Position numbers and translations under genes: made by a program. This document shows, piece after piece, positions 40,829 to 54,645 of a DNA stretch of 64,000 bases. Source of the DNA: Eledone cirrhosa (taxonomy: Eukaryota); NCBI GenBank assembly GCA_964016885.1, contig OZ024755.1:25296001-25360000 (forward strand), given 5' to 3'. The notes under the pieces were generated by a model. The model was not told where the DNA came from and did not search any database. It saw only the letters and a program-made list of their open reading frames with translations. Numbering within the stretch: the first letter of the stretch is position 1; each line of letters starts with the position of its first letter.

Positions 40829-40913
40829 TATGTGTGTATATATATATATATACATATAATATATATATGTGTGTGTGTATATATATATAAGTATATATAT
40901 ATATATACATATA

Positions 40914-40944
<31 letters not shown>

Positions 40945-41074
40945 TGTGTGTATATATATATACATATAATATATATATGTGTGTGTATATATATATATAA
41001 GTATATATATATACATATAATATATATGTGTGTGTATATATATATATATACAAGTATATATATATATATATATA

Positions 41075-41134
<60 letters not shown>

Positions 41135-41166
41135 TATATATATAATATATATATATATATATAAAT

Positions 41167-41258
<92 letters not shown>

Positions 41259-41580
41259 AATGTAAATGTTTGTACATATAGTCATGCAAATGTTTGTGTG
41301 TGTAGATATATATGCTGGGCGGTGCGTGCGTATATATGTATATTTGTATATTTATTCAGAACTCGTGTCAGGAGCAGTCTTAGTCTGGAGTGTTGAAGCG
41401 ATTGTTTTGAATGGAAAATATATAAAAGATGTCATGTAGACAGATATTGAAGTTCGATATTACATCATTTGCAATGTTCTATATTTCTTTCATAGTGATC
41501 AGATATCCCGGATATCTGCCGAGTCTGGGCCTATACCAATACTACAAAAACTGGTAAAATACAAACATATACGAGCTCTT

Positions 41581-41631
<51 letters not shown>

Positions 41632-41966
41632 ATAATAATAAATTTGAAGACTAAAATCCAAAGAGGGCTCGATAAGGATAAATATATATCAAATATATAA
41701 GAACCGTAGAGCAAATATTTATTAAAATAATAGATTAATAAATATATAAAAAATAAAAACAATAATGAATAAACAAAGAAACAGTTCCTTATATTAAACA
41801 AAAAAGTTCATTATTTTACGATCGTTTCTAGGACATATATGTGTTAGAATTGGTATGCATATTCAAAAGATCTATGTACAAAATTATACAAACTATCAAG
41901 GAGAATATACACACCTTCACATATATATGCTGTCTTCTAATAAATATATATATATATATATATATA

Positions 41967-42077
41967 TAGGAGAAAGTATGACCCAAACTTTCTCCTATTA
42001 CCCACTCTACTACCCTAAGTATTGAGTACTCTGGTGCGTTATGGTCCATCTGGTTCCTTACCACAACTCCTTCGTTT
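41967..42077 (+). mobile_element. Family A element with mini hairpin
   Basis: taggagaaagt-atgacccaa-actttctccta followed by the family A tail. Confidence 0.8.
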
Positions 42078-42084
42078 ATATATA

Positions 42085-42235
42085 TAGAAGTGGTTACACA
42101 ACAGTTAGTTCACCATACCGAGAACAATTGTTTCACCTCGGTATGGTGAACTAACTGTTGTTTAACCACTTCTACCTAACTCGTCCCATGGACTAAGTGC
42201 TCTAACACTACGGATATTACCTTCCAGTGTTCTAC

Positions 42236-42288
<53 letters not shown>

Positions 42289-42314
42289 TAGAACACTGGA
42301 AGGTAATATCCGTA
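42085..42314 (+). mobile_element. Family D fold-back element (hairpin 42085-42174) + tail, with an inverted tail copy beyond the TA tract
   Basis: 38-bp arms; 42209-42237 is inverted at 42286-42314. Confidence 0.8.
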
Positions 42315-42329
42315 CGGTATAGCCGTATG

Positions 42330-42516
42330 TGGTTGACGGCTGGGAGAAAGGAGGACTTAACATCGAAGTTAGGGTTTAATATTCATTATTATTAAGTCTA
42401 AAAAGTGAGACTTGTTACTCTGGAGTTTCGCCTGTTTTTTGCCACAGGGTCATAAGTGATAAACAGGCGAAACACCAGAGTAACAAGACTCACTCTTTAG
42501 CCCTAATATTAATAAA
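42330..42516 (-). mobile_element. Fold-back element with degenerate hammerhead (42413-42456)
   Basis: Arms ~42385-42437 / 42461-42515; minus strand CTTATGA-cCCTGT-ggcaaaaa-ACAGGc-GAAA-CTCcaGAG-TA. Confidence 0.6.
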
Positions 42517-43109
42517 TATATATATATATATATATGGGGAGAAGTGCTACACGTAACATATATAATTACGTACAGTTTGATGGTGGGGGGGCCTTGATAG
42601 AAGTAGTAGCCAATTAGCCGACAAGCCACTCGCTATTGTATTAAGTGTGGACACAGGTATGATTGAGAGGGTTAATAGTCGTATAAGAGACGTGGCATAC
42701 GGCCCCAGAAGTGCAATGAATGTCATAACGTTTCTAGACAAATATCAAGTATTTTATCTTTACACAAATCTACCTTTCACTATTTACAGACCTTTTATTT
42801 TTGTTTTACTTATTGTCTTCTGTGTTCATATAATAGTCTTCCTTTTGGTTTTATGCTGTCCTTGTCGTTGTTGTTTGTATTGATGTTGTCGCTGTTGTTG
42901 TTGTGTCTGATCAGAATACAACATAATTAAATACCGTAATAGAGAAACTATCAGCCACCATATTGACTTCATTTGAATCTAAGAAATGTCATAAGCTGAA
43001 TCCACAGAGTACAATGAGTGGGCTTTGATCCTGTCAACGAAGGAGACAATATAACCTGGAATCCAATCTCTCGTCAAAACCATAGAAATTATGTCTGTGT
43101 CTGTGTAGA

Positions 43110-43385
43110 GTGGCAGAATCGTTAGAACGTCACTCTAGTTGTTAGAACACTTAGTTATGGCTCTTTAAGTTCTGATTTCAAATCCTTTTGAGGTCAATAA
43201 ACTAAAGCGCCAGTAATGTACTGGGGTCCCTTTCAGTTCTGAGTTCAAATCCCACCGAGATTAACTTCGCCTTTCATCCTTACGGGGTCTATAGTATAAA
43301 ACATTAGTAATACACTTGAATCGATTTAATCGACTTCCACTCCCTCCAAATTGCTGGCCTTGTGCCTAAAGTAGAAACAATTATT
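43110..43385 (+). mobile_element. Two partial S1-related SINEs in tandem
   Basis: Two B-box/core segments, one tail gcctaaagtagaaacaatt. Confidence 0.75.
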
Positions 43386-44675
43386 ATTATTATTATTTAG
43401 ACTATCGGACAAAATTCCTTGCGTTATTTGTTCCAGCTATTTACCTACTTAAGTTCAACTGTGTGATTCATGTTTCCACGGAGAGAGGGGTCAGTTTTGA
43501 TCAAGCAAGTTCTTCAGTCTTCAATACAGAAACACTATATAGACGACTACATTATATTGTCAAACATATCTTCTTTAAGAAACTGTGCTATGATTTGAAG
43601 GAATTTGGATATTATTTCTAGCAGGTCAAACTACCATTTAGAAACTCCTCCTTTGCCTCTTATATTTTTCATTGTAAAGGCTCTTTCGTAGGCCCCTATA
43701 TTTTACGTTCTTTCATTCTAGAACTTTTCAGTTCCCTCTTACTATCATAGAAAACCCCATATATCCACAGTATTCCATATTTAAAGATAATATGGTGTAA
43801 TTTGAAAGACAATGGCTTTTATTTCTAGCAGGTCGATCTAATATGTAGATACTCCATCTTTGACTACCTTTACCTTTTTACTGTTGTTTCTTTAGGGATT
43901 TTTCAGTTCAGAATTACTGCCAACATCATTACTTACATCTATTAAAATATCTTACAATTTTCTGACTTGGAAGTTCTTTGGTATTCAACAACTTAATTAG
44001 TTAGTAGTTGTGTTTTATTAACGTTGCCTTTCCTCAAAGCCTTTAATTTCTAATTAACGATTTTTTTTTTGTGTTTTGTTTTCATTTTGGTGTCTGTCTT
44101 TTTATATATAAAAATATATTTATATATATTTTTCTTTTAATAATGTTTTGTTTCATTTTGAAATTAGTAAAACAAACATTAGAAATTTGATATTGTTCTT
44201 GCTTCTTGTGTGCTGATCTCTCACACTTATATCCTGTCAATCTGATACTCTCGTTCCTCCTCATTCTTTCATAACTTTCAATCATAAACATTCTTTCATT
44301 TCCTCTCTCTTTCTCTGAATACCTATACCCAGTTGCTTTACATACACCACCCAACACACACACACGCACGCACATGCATACACAGGTAACGTAATATAAT
44401 GCGTAGATAGATTAACTGATTAACAAAGCAACAACAAACAATTCAAAACATAACTGTTAAAATATTTATATATTACATAAGTTTCAAACAACATTATATT
44501 CAGCAGCTAGTTTACGTATTTTATTATGGTAAACAACATAGAACCAATATTATAATGTGTCTTGTCATATTACCTTCAGTTTTCTGATCAAATAATCACG
44601 CGAAACTCAGAGCTGCAACAGTGTACTCTCAGTACAACACACACACACACACATATATTTATATATATTTATTTA

Positions 44676-44750
44676 TTTATTAAAATAACAGATTTAAGTT
44701 TAAGCAAAGAATCGCTGCTTTCACCCTTAACGGGATCTTCTGAAACTCAT
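44676..44750 (-). mobile_element. Family B unit
   Basis: tttattaaaataacagatttaagtttaagcaaagaatcgctgctttcacccttaacgggatcttctgaaact. Confidence 0.75.
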
Positions 44751-44786
44751 TACTATATATTATTACTATATATTATTACTATATAT

Positions 44787-45150
44787 AGGGCGGTGGATTG
44801 GCAGTATCGGTAGAGGGTCGGACGCCATGCTTTCCAGCATAGTTACGTCCCTTTACGATCTGAGTTCAAATCCCGCCGAGGTTGACTTTGCCTTTCATCC
44901 TTACGGGGTCGATAAAATAAAGTACCAGTAATGAACTGGTGATTGCTGGCCTTGTGCCTAAAGTAGAAACAATTATTACTATATATATTATTACTATATA
45001 TACATATAGAGCGGTGGATTGGCAGTATCGGTAGAAGGTCGGACGCCATGCTTTGACGCATAGAGTTAGGGCCCTTGCCATTCTGAGTTCAAATCCCGCC
45101 CAGGTACATTGGGTAATTGCTGGCCTTGTTTCCAAAGTAGAAACAATTAT
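44787..45150 (+). mobile_element. Two tandem SINE S1 copies (44787-44975 full; 45009-45150 internally deleted)
   Basis: Heads gcggtggattggcagtatcggtaga and tails gtagaaacaatt. Confidence 0.9.
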
Positions 45151-45189
45151 TAGTATATATATAGGGAGTAGGGCTTATAAGGGAACAGA

Positions 45190-45395
45190 TGAAGACTTCA
45201 AAAACATCATCTTTGTCCGATCCCTTGCCGTTTCAGTTTGGATTGCCTGGAGAACGTCATCTTATTACGTAATGAAGCTGTCTGCTGAGATCACGACACT
45301 AGTTCCGTGGAATCACGTGGCCACTGTCGTCATTGAAACATGTATCACAGCCTTATCAATACAGTACTTTAAAATCTCCAACTGCTTCGCAATCT
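45190..45395 (-). mobile_element. Possible RTE-like LINE fragment
   Basis: DVLQAIQTETARDRTKMMF weakly resembles the RTE C-terminal motif. Confidence 0.3.
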
Positions 45396-45397
45396 CT

Positions 45398-45432
<35 letters not shown>

Positions 45433-45475
45433 GTATATTAATGTTCGATATAACCCATGCGTACATATGTATATG

Positions 45476-45515
<40 letters not shown>

Positions 45516-45647
45516 CATACTTACATTTATGTATCAGCTGTGCTATGGCGAGAAATACAAATCTAATTATATATATATAATTAAAATTTGATTTCTCGCT
45601 CTCACATAGCGAGTTACATAAATGTATTTATGAGTTGTATAATGATA

Positions 45648-45778
45648 ATAATAATATTCTATTCGTTTGCGAGCAAACAGCCTCATTGCACTGTTCTTTT
45701 ATCATCACCGGATGACGGTGATGATAAAAAACATACCGTAATTAGGCTGTTTGCTTGAAACGAATCGAATATTATTAT
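45648..45778. repeat. ~130-bp imperfect hairpin
   Basis: Loop gatga at 45711-45715; termini (aaacgaatcgaatattattat) shared with the 24721/25431 inverted repeat. Confidence 0.75.
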
Positions 45779-45786
45779 ATTTATTA

Positions 45787-46420
45787 GTTACGTCCCTTTA
45801 CAGTCTGAGTTCAAATCCCGCCAAGGTTAACTTTGCCTTTCATCCTTACAGGGTCGATAAAATAAAGTACCAGTAATGTACTGGGTAATTGCTGGCCTTG
45901 TGCCTAAAGTAGAAACAATTATATTTATTAGGTTAAGGGGCGGTGGATTGGCAGTATCGGTAGAGGGTCGGACGCCATGCTTTCCAGCATAGTTACGTCC
46001 CTTTACGATCTGAGTTCAAATCCCGCCGAGGTTGACTTTGCCTTTCATCCTTACGGGGTCGATAAAATAAAGTACCAGTAATGCACTGGGTGATTGCTGG
46101 CCTTGTGCCTAAAGTAGAAACAATTATATTTATTAGGTTATCTTTGCCTTTCATCCTTATGGGGTCGATAAAATAAAGTACCAGTAATACACTGGGTAAT
46201 TGCTGGTCTTGTGCCAAAAGTAGAAACAATTATATTTATAAGGATTGGCAGTATCGGTAAAGGGTCGGACGCTATGTTTTGCAGCATAGTTATGTTCCTT
46301 TACGGACTGAGTTCAAATCCCGCCGAGGTTAACTTTGCCTTTCATCCTTACGGGGTCGATAAAATAAAGTACCAGTAATGCACTGGTTAATGCTGGCCTT
46401 GTGCCAAAAGTAGAAACAAT
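45787..46420 (+). mobile_element. Head-to-tail stack of four SINE S1 copies
   Basis: Copies ~45787-45918, 45937-46123, 46136-46229, 46241-46419, each followed by aattatatttat. Confidence 0.92.
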
Positions 46421-46463
46421 TATATTTATTATTTGATACAAACCTCATATATATATATATATA

Positions 46464-46639
46464 ATAGGAACAGAGAGAGGGCCCTGACGGCTAAGTTCAG
46501 ATCTAGATGTCAAAACGACCGGACCTCAGCCGTCGGGGTCTTGGGTCCTGACTATTTTCCTATTACCCACTCTACTACCCCACGTATTGAGTACTGTTGT
46601 GCGTTAAGGTCCACCTGGAATCTTGCCACACCCTCTTTG

Positions 46640-46640
<1 letters not shown>
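46464..46640 (+). mobile_element. Family A2 element, diverged
   Basis: Partial arm + gttcagatctagatgtcaaaacgaccgg + family A tail. Confidence 0.75.
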
Positions 46641-46683
<43 letters not shown>

Positions 46684-46688
<5 letters not shown>

Positions 46689-46885
46689 AACCAGTAAGAC
46701 CCCGACAGCTGAGCTCAAGCCGTTTCGACGGCTAATTCTGGACGTTTTAGTCCAGAATTAACCGTCGAAACGGCTTGAGCTCAGCTGTCGGGGTCTTACT
46801 GGTTCCTATTACCCACTCTACTACCCCAAGTATTGAGTACTTTGGTGCGTTATGGTCCACCTGGTTCCTTACCACATTTCCTTCG

Positions 46886-46887
<2 letters not shown>
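46684..46887 (+). mobile_element. Family A1 fold-back element (hairpin 46684-46809, loop gtttta)
   Basis: 60-bp arms + tail, inside (TA)n. Confidence 0.9.
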
Positions 46888-46925
<38 letters not shown>

Positions 46926-47177
46926 AACTCGAGTCATCCGAAAAGATAACCAGGTGGAAGTTCAGGTAGATTCCAGATAAAAATTCAGTTTCAGGCTTAA
47001 AATCCATTGTAGGAATCCAAGGAATTTGCGAGGTTCACATCAAGCGTCAAACTAATATATTTCTTCATCAGGAAAGTTTTCCTGGTGATTTCTTTTGAAT
47101 GAAAGAGTTCTAGTCCTGTAGAAGCCTGTTCTACATTTCTACACACATATAATCTATATACAATGTATGTGCACCTG

Positions 47178-47304
<127 letters not shown>

Positions 47305-47357
47305 GCATGCTACTGTACGTCTGTATACATATATGTATGTACGTATACATACATACT

Positions 47358-47455
<98 letters not shown>

Positions 47456-47562
47456 TACAAATATATATATATATACAAACACGTATGTGTAGATACATAT
47501 ATATATATATATGGCGTGTGTGTATGCTTGTACATTTGTATGGCAATATATTTATTTCTAGA

Positions 47563-47707
47563 TGATTTGAAGCATAGAGTTACGTCCCTTTATGATCTGA
47601 GTTCAAATCCCGCCGAAGTTAACTTTGCCTTTCATCCTTACGGGGTCGATAAAATAAAGTACCAGTAATACACTGATATTGATGGCCTTGTGCCAAAAGT
47701 AGAAACA
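47563..47707 (+). mobile_element. SINE S1, 5'-truncated, 18-bp TSD
   Basis: aatatatttatttctaga at 47545-47562 and 47708-47725. Confidence 0.92.
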
Positions 47708-47762
47708 AATATATTTATTTCTAGAATATTACATAAATAAATACATACACATACATCTATCT

Positions 47763-47798
<36 letters not shown>

Positions 47799-48595
47799 TT
47801 CGGTACATATTAATCAATATTTCAACTGATATTTCTTCTCTTGAGTTGGTGGATTTGGTTTGTGTTTAGTACTATTCCAGACTAATTCTTAGTCACGAAC
47901 CCTAGTGTTTGTTTTGTTGTTGGTGGTGATGGTGATTTTGTTTTGCTGTCTGTGTGACTCTCTCTCTCAATATTCGCTGCAGTACTGCTGCTGTTGCTAC
48001 TACTGCTGTTGTTGCTACTGCTGCTGCTGTTGATGATGTTGTTGTTGATGCTGTGATTGTTGGAGTGCAGTTTATCTGTCTACTCACATTCGATACAATT
48101 TTACTTAGATTTATATAAAGTGGAAGGTGATATATGTAAGAAGACGTTAAACAATGCAAAATGGACTATAAGATGAAGACAATGGAAAAGTTAGTTACCT
48201 CGTAATCTTGTTTTTTTTTGGGGGGGGGGGGGGTTCGTCCTAATATTTCGGGACTTAAAATTCTCTTCACCAGAAAGAAACAAAACAAAGATTACTAGGT
48301 AACTAACGTTTCCTTGCCTTCATCTTACCGTCCATTTTTCATTGTTTCGTGCCTTCTTACATATATCACTTTCCATATTATATATTATATATAATGCTTC
48401 AAGCAAACTACAACATTTTATTAGATTTATAAATTGTTAGACACCATTAGTTTAACGCCTTTATTTATTGTATACTGACTGATGCTAAGTATAATGTTTG
48501 TAACATTGATTATTATTATTGTTATTATTGATTATTATTACGATTATATACTAGTACATAACCCATTGATTTTTCACTTCACGGAGGATATAATT

Positions 48596-48768
48596 AATTG
48601 TTTCTACTTTTGGCACAAGGCCAGCAATTACCCAGTACATTACTGGTACTTTATTTTATCGACCCCCGTAAAGCAAAGTTAACCTCGGCGGGATTTGAAC
48701 TCAGACCGTAAAGGGACGTAACTATGCTGGATAGCATGGCGTCCGACTCTCTACTGATATTGCCAATT
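48596..48768 (-). mobile_element. SINE S1
   Basis: Flanked by ggaggRtataattaat duplication. Confidence 0.88.
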
Positions 48769-48852
48769 GGAGGGTATAATTAATGTTAGGTTTTTACATC
48801 GAATTTTAACGAAATTTTGTTTGTGGATTATATATATATATATATATATTCA

Positions 48853-48935
48853 ATGAGTCAGGACCCCAATCTACTACCCTAAGTATCGAGGTCTCTGGTG
48901 CGTTATGCTCTACCTGGTATCTTACCACACCTTCT
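48853..48935 (+). mobile_element. Family A2 remnant
   Basis: gagtcaggacccc..ctactaccctaagtatcgaggtctctggtgcgttatg. Confidence 0.65.
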
Positions 48936-50029
48936 TTAATATATAGATATATAAAGGGTGAAGACCCCCTTCGGTCACGAATGACCATAGTATTTGCATC
49001 TAGAATGTTCCCCTGCGAGGCACAAATCAGCGCAGGGTATTTTGTGGATGACTAGCAGTCGCCCATGCATATATATAACGAGAGGCGTGAGAGAGAGAAA
49101 GCGTTAAACAACGTCACGGATTCGCCATTACCACTGCAATGTTAGATTCTCATAGGGTTATCGGGTTTCTGTGTGTTCATCAGTTTCTACAGTTTTCTAA
49201 TTGATGCTTCCTCACGTGTGAATGTGTGTGTAACAGTGCATGTGTTTGGGCATGTGAATATATATATATGGGGAGTGGTATGTGTATATATATATATATG
49301 TGTATGTATGTATGTATGTTTGTATCTATATATGAAGGCCTGATGATTACTGAACAAATTAGGAGATATATTATATTGTATAAATTGATCTGTCTAAGTA
49401 GGAATCCAGACGGTAACCAATATAATGTAATATTTAATTTATTGTTTTTTTTTAATTATTTTTCTTGTCCGTATACTTCTGAATTTTTAGATTGAATACC
49501 GAGTCCAGATTGTGTTACTATAGAACATAATATATATGTGTAATATTGCAAACCTTTATATGTGTGAGTATGTTTTTGAGCAGGTCTGGGCTGCAGTCGG
49601 AATGTGTGTGTGTGTGTGTGTGTTCACCTGTGTATGTATGTCAGTGTGTGCTTGAGTAGCTCTGGGTTGCAGTGGGAATATTGTATATATGTATGTGTGT
49701 TTCAGTGTTTAGCTATGTACATTTGTCAGCGTATGTTTCAATGTTCACCTGTGTGAGTTTGAGTCGGTTTCAGTTGGGGGTCGGAGTGCTGTATGTATGT
49801 GTGTCAAGATACTAATTTCGAAATTGTGAAAACCCGAAATTTACAGTTTTTTTCTTCGATGGTCAGGATTTACCTACGGTTGCGGATATTTCTCAAAACA
49901 ACAATCCAGCTGTTATATTCATCCTCCAAATCATTGTGAATTCCGTCACTAGATATAAGGACTCTGTACAGATTCAATGATTTGATGCGACAGAATAATC
50001 TGGAGTTATTTGTGAGGACTGGCTATGTT

Positions 50030-50250
50030 CTCTAAAATTAATCTAAGGGCCTGTCCCCCACCCCCTATTTGCAAACTTCTCTATGTATTGTACTGTTATG
50101 ATTATTTTTTTTATAATTATTGTTATTGCTATCATTATATCTACTGTTTCCCCTATGTCGATATCTCCTTCATTTTACTCTGTGGTGTTTTTTGTCCTTG
50201 TATTATCCCCCAACCTCGTGTACCCTTCTTGCGAATTTATTATAAATTAA

Positions 50251-50284
<34 letters not shown>

Positions 50285-50385
50285 GTGTATTTTCACTCAA
50301 TTTTATTGTAAACCCCCACTGTCTCTGTCTTTATATTGTCCCCTATATATCGGCCCTTGTGATCAATAAATGAAATTATTATTAT
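50030..50385 (+). mobile_element. Tx1/L1-like 3'UTR ending in (ATT)n
   Basis: aacccccactgtc..attgtccc.tatat.tcggcccttgtg..caataaatgaa(att)n, shared with 51545-51620 and 22450-22515 (-). Confidence 0.6.
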
Positions 50386-50687
50386 TACAGCTCTTTATGT
50401 TCTGATTTTAAATCCTGCCGAGGTTAGCTTTGTCTTTCATCCTTACGAGGTCAATAAAATAAAGTACTGTTAGTGTACTGTGGGGTGAGAGAAATATTGA
50501 CTCTTCATCCTCTTAGTGTTCTGCATCAGTGATGTTTTGTTGTGAAGTTAATCTTGTTTCTCCTGGTATCTTAGAGTGTGTTCTGTTGTGTATGAAGTGT
50601 GTAATCTAAGTTGTGTTGTTTTATTGGATATCAATAATATAGAGTATATGTTGTGTGAGTTGTCATTTTATTGGGAATTAATTTTGT

Positions 50688-50862
50688 GGCAATATCGGTA
50701 GAGGGTCGGACGTCATGCTTTGACGCATAGAGTTACGGCCCTTGCTATTCTGAGTTCAAATCCCGCCGAGGTTAACTTTGGCTTTCATCCTTACGGGGTC
50801 TATAAAATAAAGTACCAGTAATGCACTGGGATAATTGCTGGCCTTGTGCCAAAAGTAGAAAC
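50688..50862 (+). mobile_element. SINE S1 with 12-bp TSD
   Basis: aattaattttgt at 50676-50687 and 50863-50874; degenerate relatives at 50388-50515 and 50900-51062. Confidence 0.9.
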
Positions 50863-51129
50863 AATTAATTTTGTAGAGAATATGTTATGAGTTTATGTAA
50901 GGCGGCAAATTAGCAGAGTCGTTTGAACGTCGGATAGAATGCTTTACTGTATCCGTTCTGACTCTCTGCTCTTTCAGTTCAAATCCCACCGAGTTCAACC
51001 AGCTTTGCGTTTCATCCATTCGAGGCCGATAAAAAAGTAACAGTCTGGTACTGGGATCGATTTTTCCTCTATATCTCATCCTCACTTCCTTTCTCTCGCT
51101 CTCTGTATTTCTCTCGAAGAAATCTACCT

Positions 51130-51620
51130 GGAGAGAGGATGGGTTCCTCCAGGTTGAAAAATGTCCTAAGAAAGGCCGTATGTGAATAGGGCGCCCCTAC
51201 GACTCCCTCGGGGGTTATGGGTTCATACTATGTTTTATTTTATTCGGTGTTTATTGTATAAGGGTCGTTTTGTTATTGTTATTCTTATTCTTATTGCTGT
51301 TATTATTATTATTGGCCCGTGTGGAAAGGCCTACTGGTTAATTTGAGGAGGAGAGGGGTGCCCTCCCCGACTGCTCTAGAGCCGTTGGGTGGTTCAGGAT
51401 TGATGGGGTACCTGAGTCGCCCTTGAGTGGTTAACCTTACTCCCCTATTGGGGAATTTATTTTGTTATGTTTATACATAGTTTATTTTATATTTTTCATT
51501 GTTAAATTGGTTTTGCTATTGTGCACTTTTACTCGAGCTCATATTAAACCCCCACTGTCCGTGTCTTTGTATTGTCCACTATATGTCGGCCCTTGTGGCC
51601 AATAAATGAAATTGTTATTA
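51130..51620 (+). mobile_element. Tx1/L1-like 3'UTR ending in (ATT)n
   Basis: Same 3' terminus as 50310-50385; 5' boundary uncertain. Confidence 0.55.
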
Positions 51621-51808
51621 TTATTATTAATATTATTATTAAATCGTTGGTTGAAGTTACTGTTTGGGTTTCGGTTACAGGGCCTACACAATTGAATATA
51701 TGACACCGATGTCTAAAGAAAAAGATGGCGACGCTTCCAGGTACGGTTCTCTGAATTTTCTTGTGCCGCATGATGGAAGCTGACTTTGGTAGACATAGAT
51801 CATAAAAA

Positions 51809-51848
<40 letters not shown>

Positions 51849-52006
51849 TCAGCAGCAGTTGTAGATATCTACACGGCTGGTGATAATATTTCTGCCTCTA
51901 TTTGTCTGTTTTTGATGTTGATGTTATTACTCTCTATTACTCTAATACGTGTTCTAACCGACAAGCTGAGGCCATGCTGGGGCACCGCCGCCATTACTGT
52001 TGCAGT

Positions 52007-52051
<45 letters not shown>

Positions 52052-52165
52052 GAATTTTTTTATCTTTGTTTATCTGCTTCAAAAAAAAAATGAAAGCTTT
52101 GTTTGTGATCTGCATTAATCTAATCTAATAATAATAATATTGGTTTCAATAATAATAATAATAAT

Positions 52166-52461
52166 AATTGTTTCTACTTTTGGCACAAGGCCAGCAATTA
52201 ACCAGTGCATTACTGGTACTTTATTTTATCGACCCTGTAAGGATGAAAGGCAAAGTTAACCTAATAATAATAATAATTGTTTCTACTTTTGGCACAAGGC
52301 CAGCAATAAACCAGTACATTACTGGTACTTTATTTTATCGACCACGTAAGGATGAAAGGCAAAGTTAACTTCGGCGGGATTTGAACTCAGAATGGCAAGC
52401 GACGTAACTCTATGCGTCAAAGCATGGCGTCCGACCCTCTACCGATACTGCCAATCCACCT
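52166..52461 (-). mobile_element. Two tandem SINE S1 copies in (AAT)n
   Basis: Truncated 52166-52261, full 52275-52461. Confidence 0.9.
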
Positions 52462-52578
52462 AATAATAATAATAATAATAATAATAAATTGCGGGATATT
52501 GAGTATGCTGATCATAGTGATAGTAATTGTTTATAATAACGATAATAATATACTGACTGGAAATGATTGCTTTTTATT

Positions 52579-52678
<100 letters not shown>

Positions 52679-52850
52679 GTGTGTGTGGATGTATGTATAC
52701 AAAATTGTAAGATTGAAACACGACATGAAAACATTACTTAAAGTACATCACCTGACAACCAATTAAAGGTAAACATGGCTATAAGCTAACACTGAAGAAA
52801 CGACACGATTGAGTATAAAACTAAATTAAATATAATATATATATATGTGA

Positions 52851-52909
<59 letters not shown>

Positions 52910-53264
52910 TGTATGTGTGTGTGTGTTTGTGAATGTGTGTGTACAATTAGCTAACATCATCAATATGAAAAATAAATTGAAAATAAAACCAAAGGGCTAA
53001 CTCTAGCATTCTCATCATATCGTCTGCTTCCCCACCATCACCATCACCATTATCACCATCATCATCATAATTACCATCCCCATCACCACCTTCATAATCA
53101 TCATCACTACCATCAACATCATCCTCAAAATTATCATCACCATCATCATCATCATCATCATCACCACCATGACCAACGAAAATAAAACAAAAGAAATAAG
53201 GCCCCACCACGTCAGGTGGTTCAGTTAGTGAGTTGAAGCCTTATATTTTAAGCTGTATTAACTT

Positions 53265-53315
<51 letters not shown>

Positions 53316-53650
53316 GCGATAATGATGATAATGATAATGTTTATATTAAAGATGTCGTATTTTCTCTGTGACTAGTTCTCTGTAAACCGTAAAACATTTC
53401 ATTTGTAATATAAACATAAGCAGGGAAGTGGGGGAGTGGGTTTATCGCCCTCTTTGTTTTTCTTGTTTACGCCATCTTGGGAGCCATATTGCTTTGAATT
53501 TTCTTGTATTTGCTAGTTAACAAAATCTTTTCTCCACACTCTTTCTCTGGTACGATTTCGCTCTCTCTTTCTCTCTCTCGCTCTCTCTATTTATCTATCT
53601 CTCTCTATCTCGCTTTATCCTATCTACACACACACACATTATATATATAT

Positions 53651-53728
<78 letters not shown>

Positions 53729-53731
<3 letters not shown>

Positions 53732-53900
53732 GAAGGAAATGTGGTAAGGAACCAGATGGACCATAACGCACCAAAGTACTCAATACTTAGGGTAGTAGAG
53801 TGGGTAATAGGAACGAGTAGTACCCCGACGGCTGAGCTCAAGCCGTTTCGACGGCTAATTCTGGACTCGAATTAGCCGTCGGGGGCCTACTCGTTCCTAT
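53729..53900 (-). mobile_element. Family A1 fold-back element; one arm has an internal deletion
   Basis: Centre ctaattc-tggactc-gaattag; deletion between the two gccgtcg repeats. Confidence 0.88.
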
Positions 53901-54148
53901 TTATATATAAATATATATATATATGTATATATATATACATATACACCTCAACCCTTCTCCCTTTCTGTCTCTATTTCTCTCTGTCTCTTCCTCCTTGTCT
54001 CGACGCTCTCTCTCACTCTCACTCTCTCTCTCTCTCTCTCTCTCTCCTTCTCCATCTATGCATCAGATGCAAATATGTCTTTCTTACTCGAATTATATCT
54101 GGAAATATTTACCAACACACCTACAAATACAACAACAACGACAGTAAT

Positions 54149-54340
54149 AATTGTTTCTGATTTAGGCACAAGGCCAACAATTTTGTGGGAGAGGGGAAAT
54201 GTCAATTAAATCGAACCCAGTATGTTACTGGTACTTTATTCTATCGACCCCGTAAGGATGAAAGGCAAAGTTAACCTCGGCGGGATTCGAACTCAGATCA
54301 TAAATGACCGTACTCTATGCTGCTAACATGGCGTCCGACA
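54149..54340 (-). mobile_element. SINE S1, longer subfamily
   Basis: Core, tail and the extra tcgatttaattgac/cccctctccc segment. Confidence 0.85.
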
Positions 54341-54645
54341 CTTAACAATAATAATGGTTTCTTTATTAAATAGTAATAATAATACTAATAGTAATAATAA
54401 TAAATATTTTGGCACAGGGCCAACATATCTTTGCAGGGCTGGGAGTCGAATATATGGTGATAATTACTGTGACACATACACATGTTAAGCCCGGCTACAT
54501 TGATATATGAGATAGATAGCTAGATAGGTGAGTAGGAAGATGGCGGCTATATGTGTGGTTAGGTTGATAAGTAGGTAACCAACTAGATAGATTGGTAGTT
54601 AGATAGGTAGATAGGTAATTAACTAGATCGATAGATAGATAGATA

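Noticed and set aside
47055-47075. CTGATGA on minus strand as a hammerhead
   Set aside because: No stem II/GAAA geometry.
53420-53490. Promoter (YY1-like cgccatcttg, G-rich boxes)
   Set aside because: Isolated short motifs with no CpG-rich context or adjacent exon.
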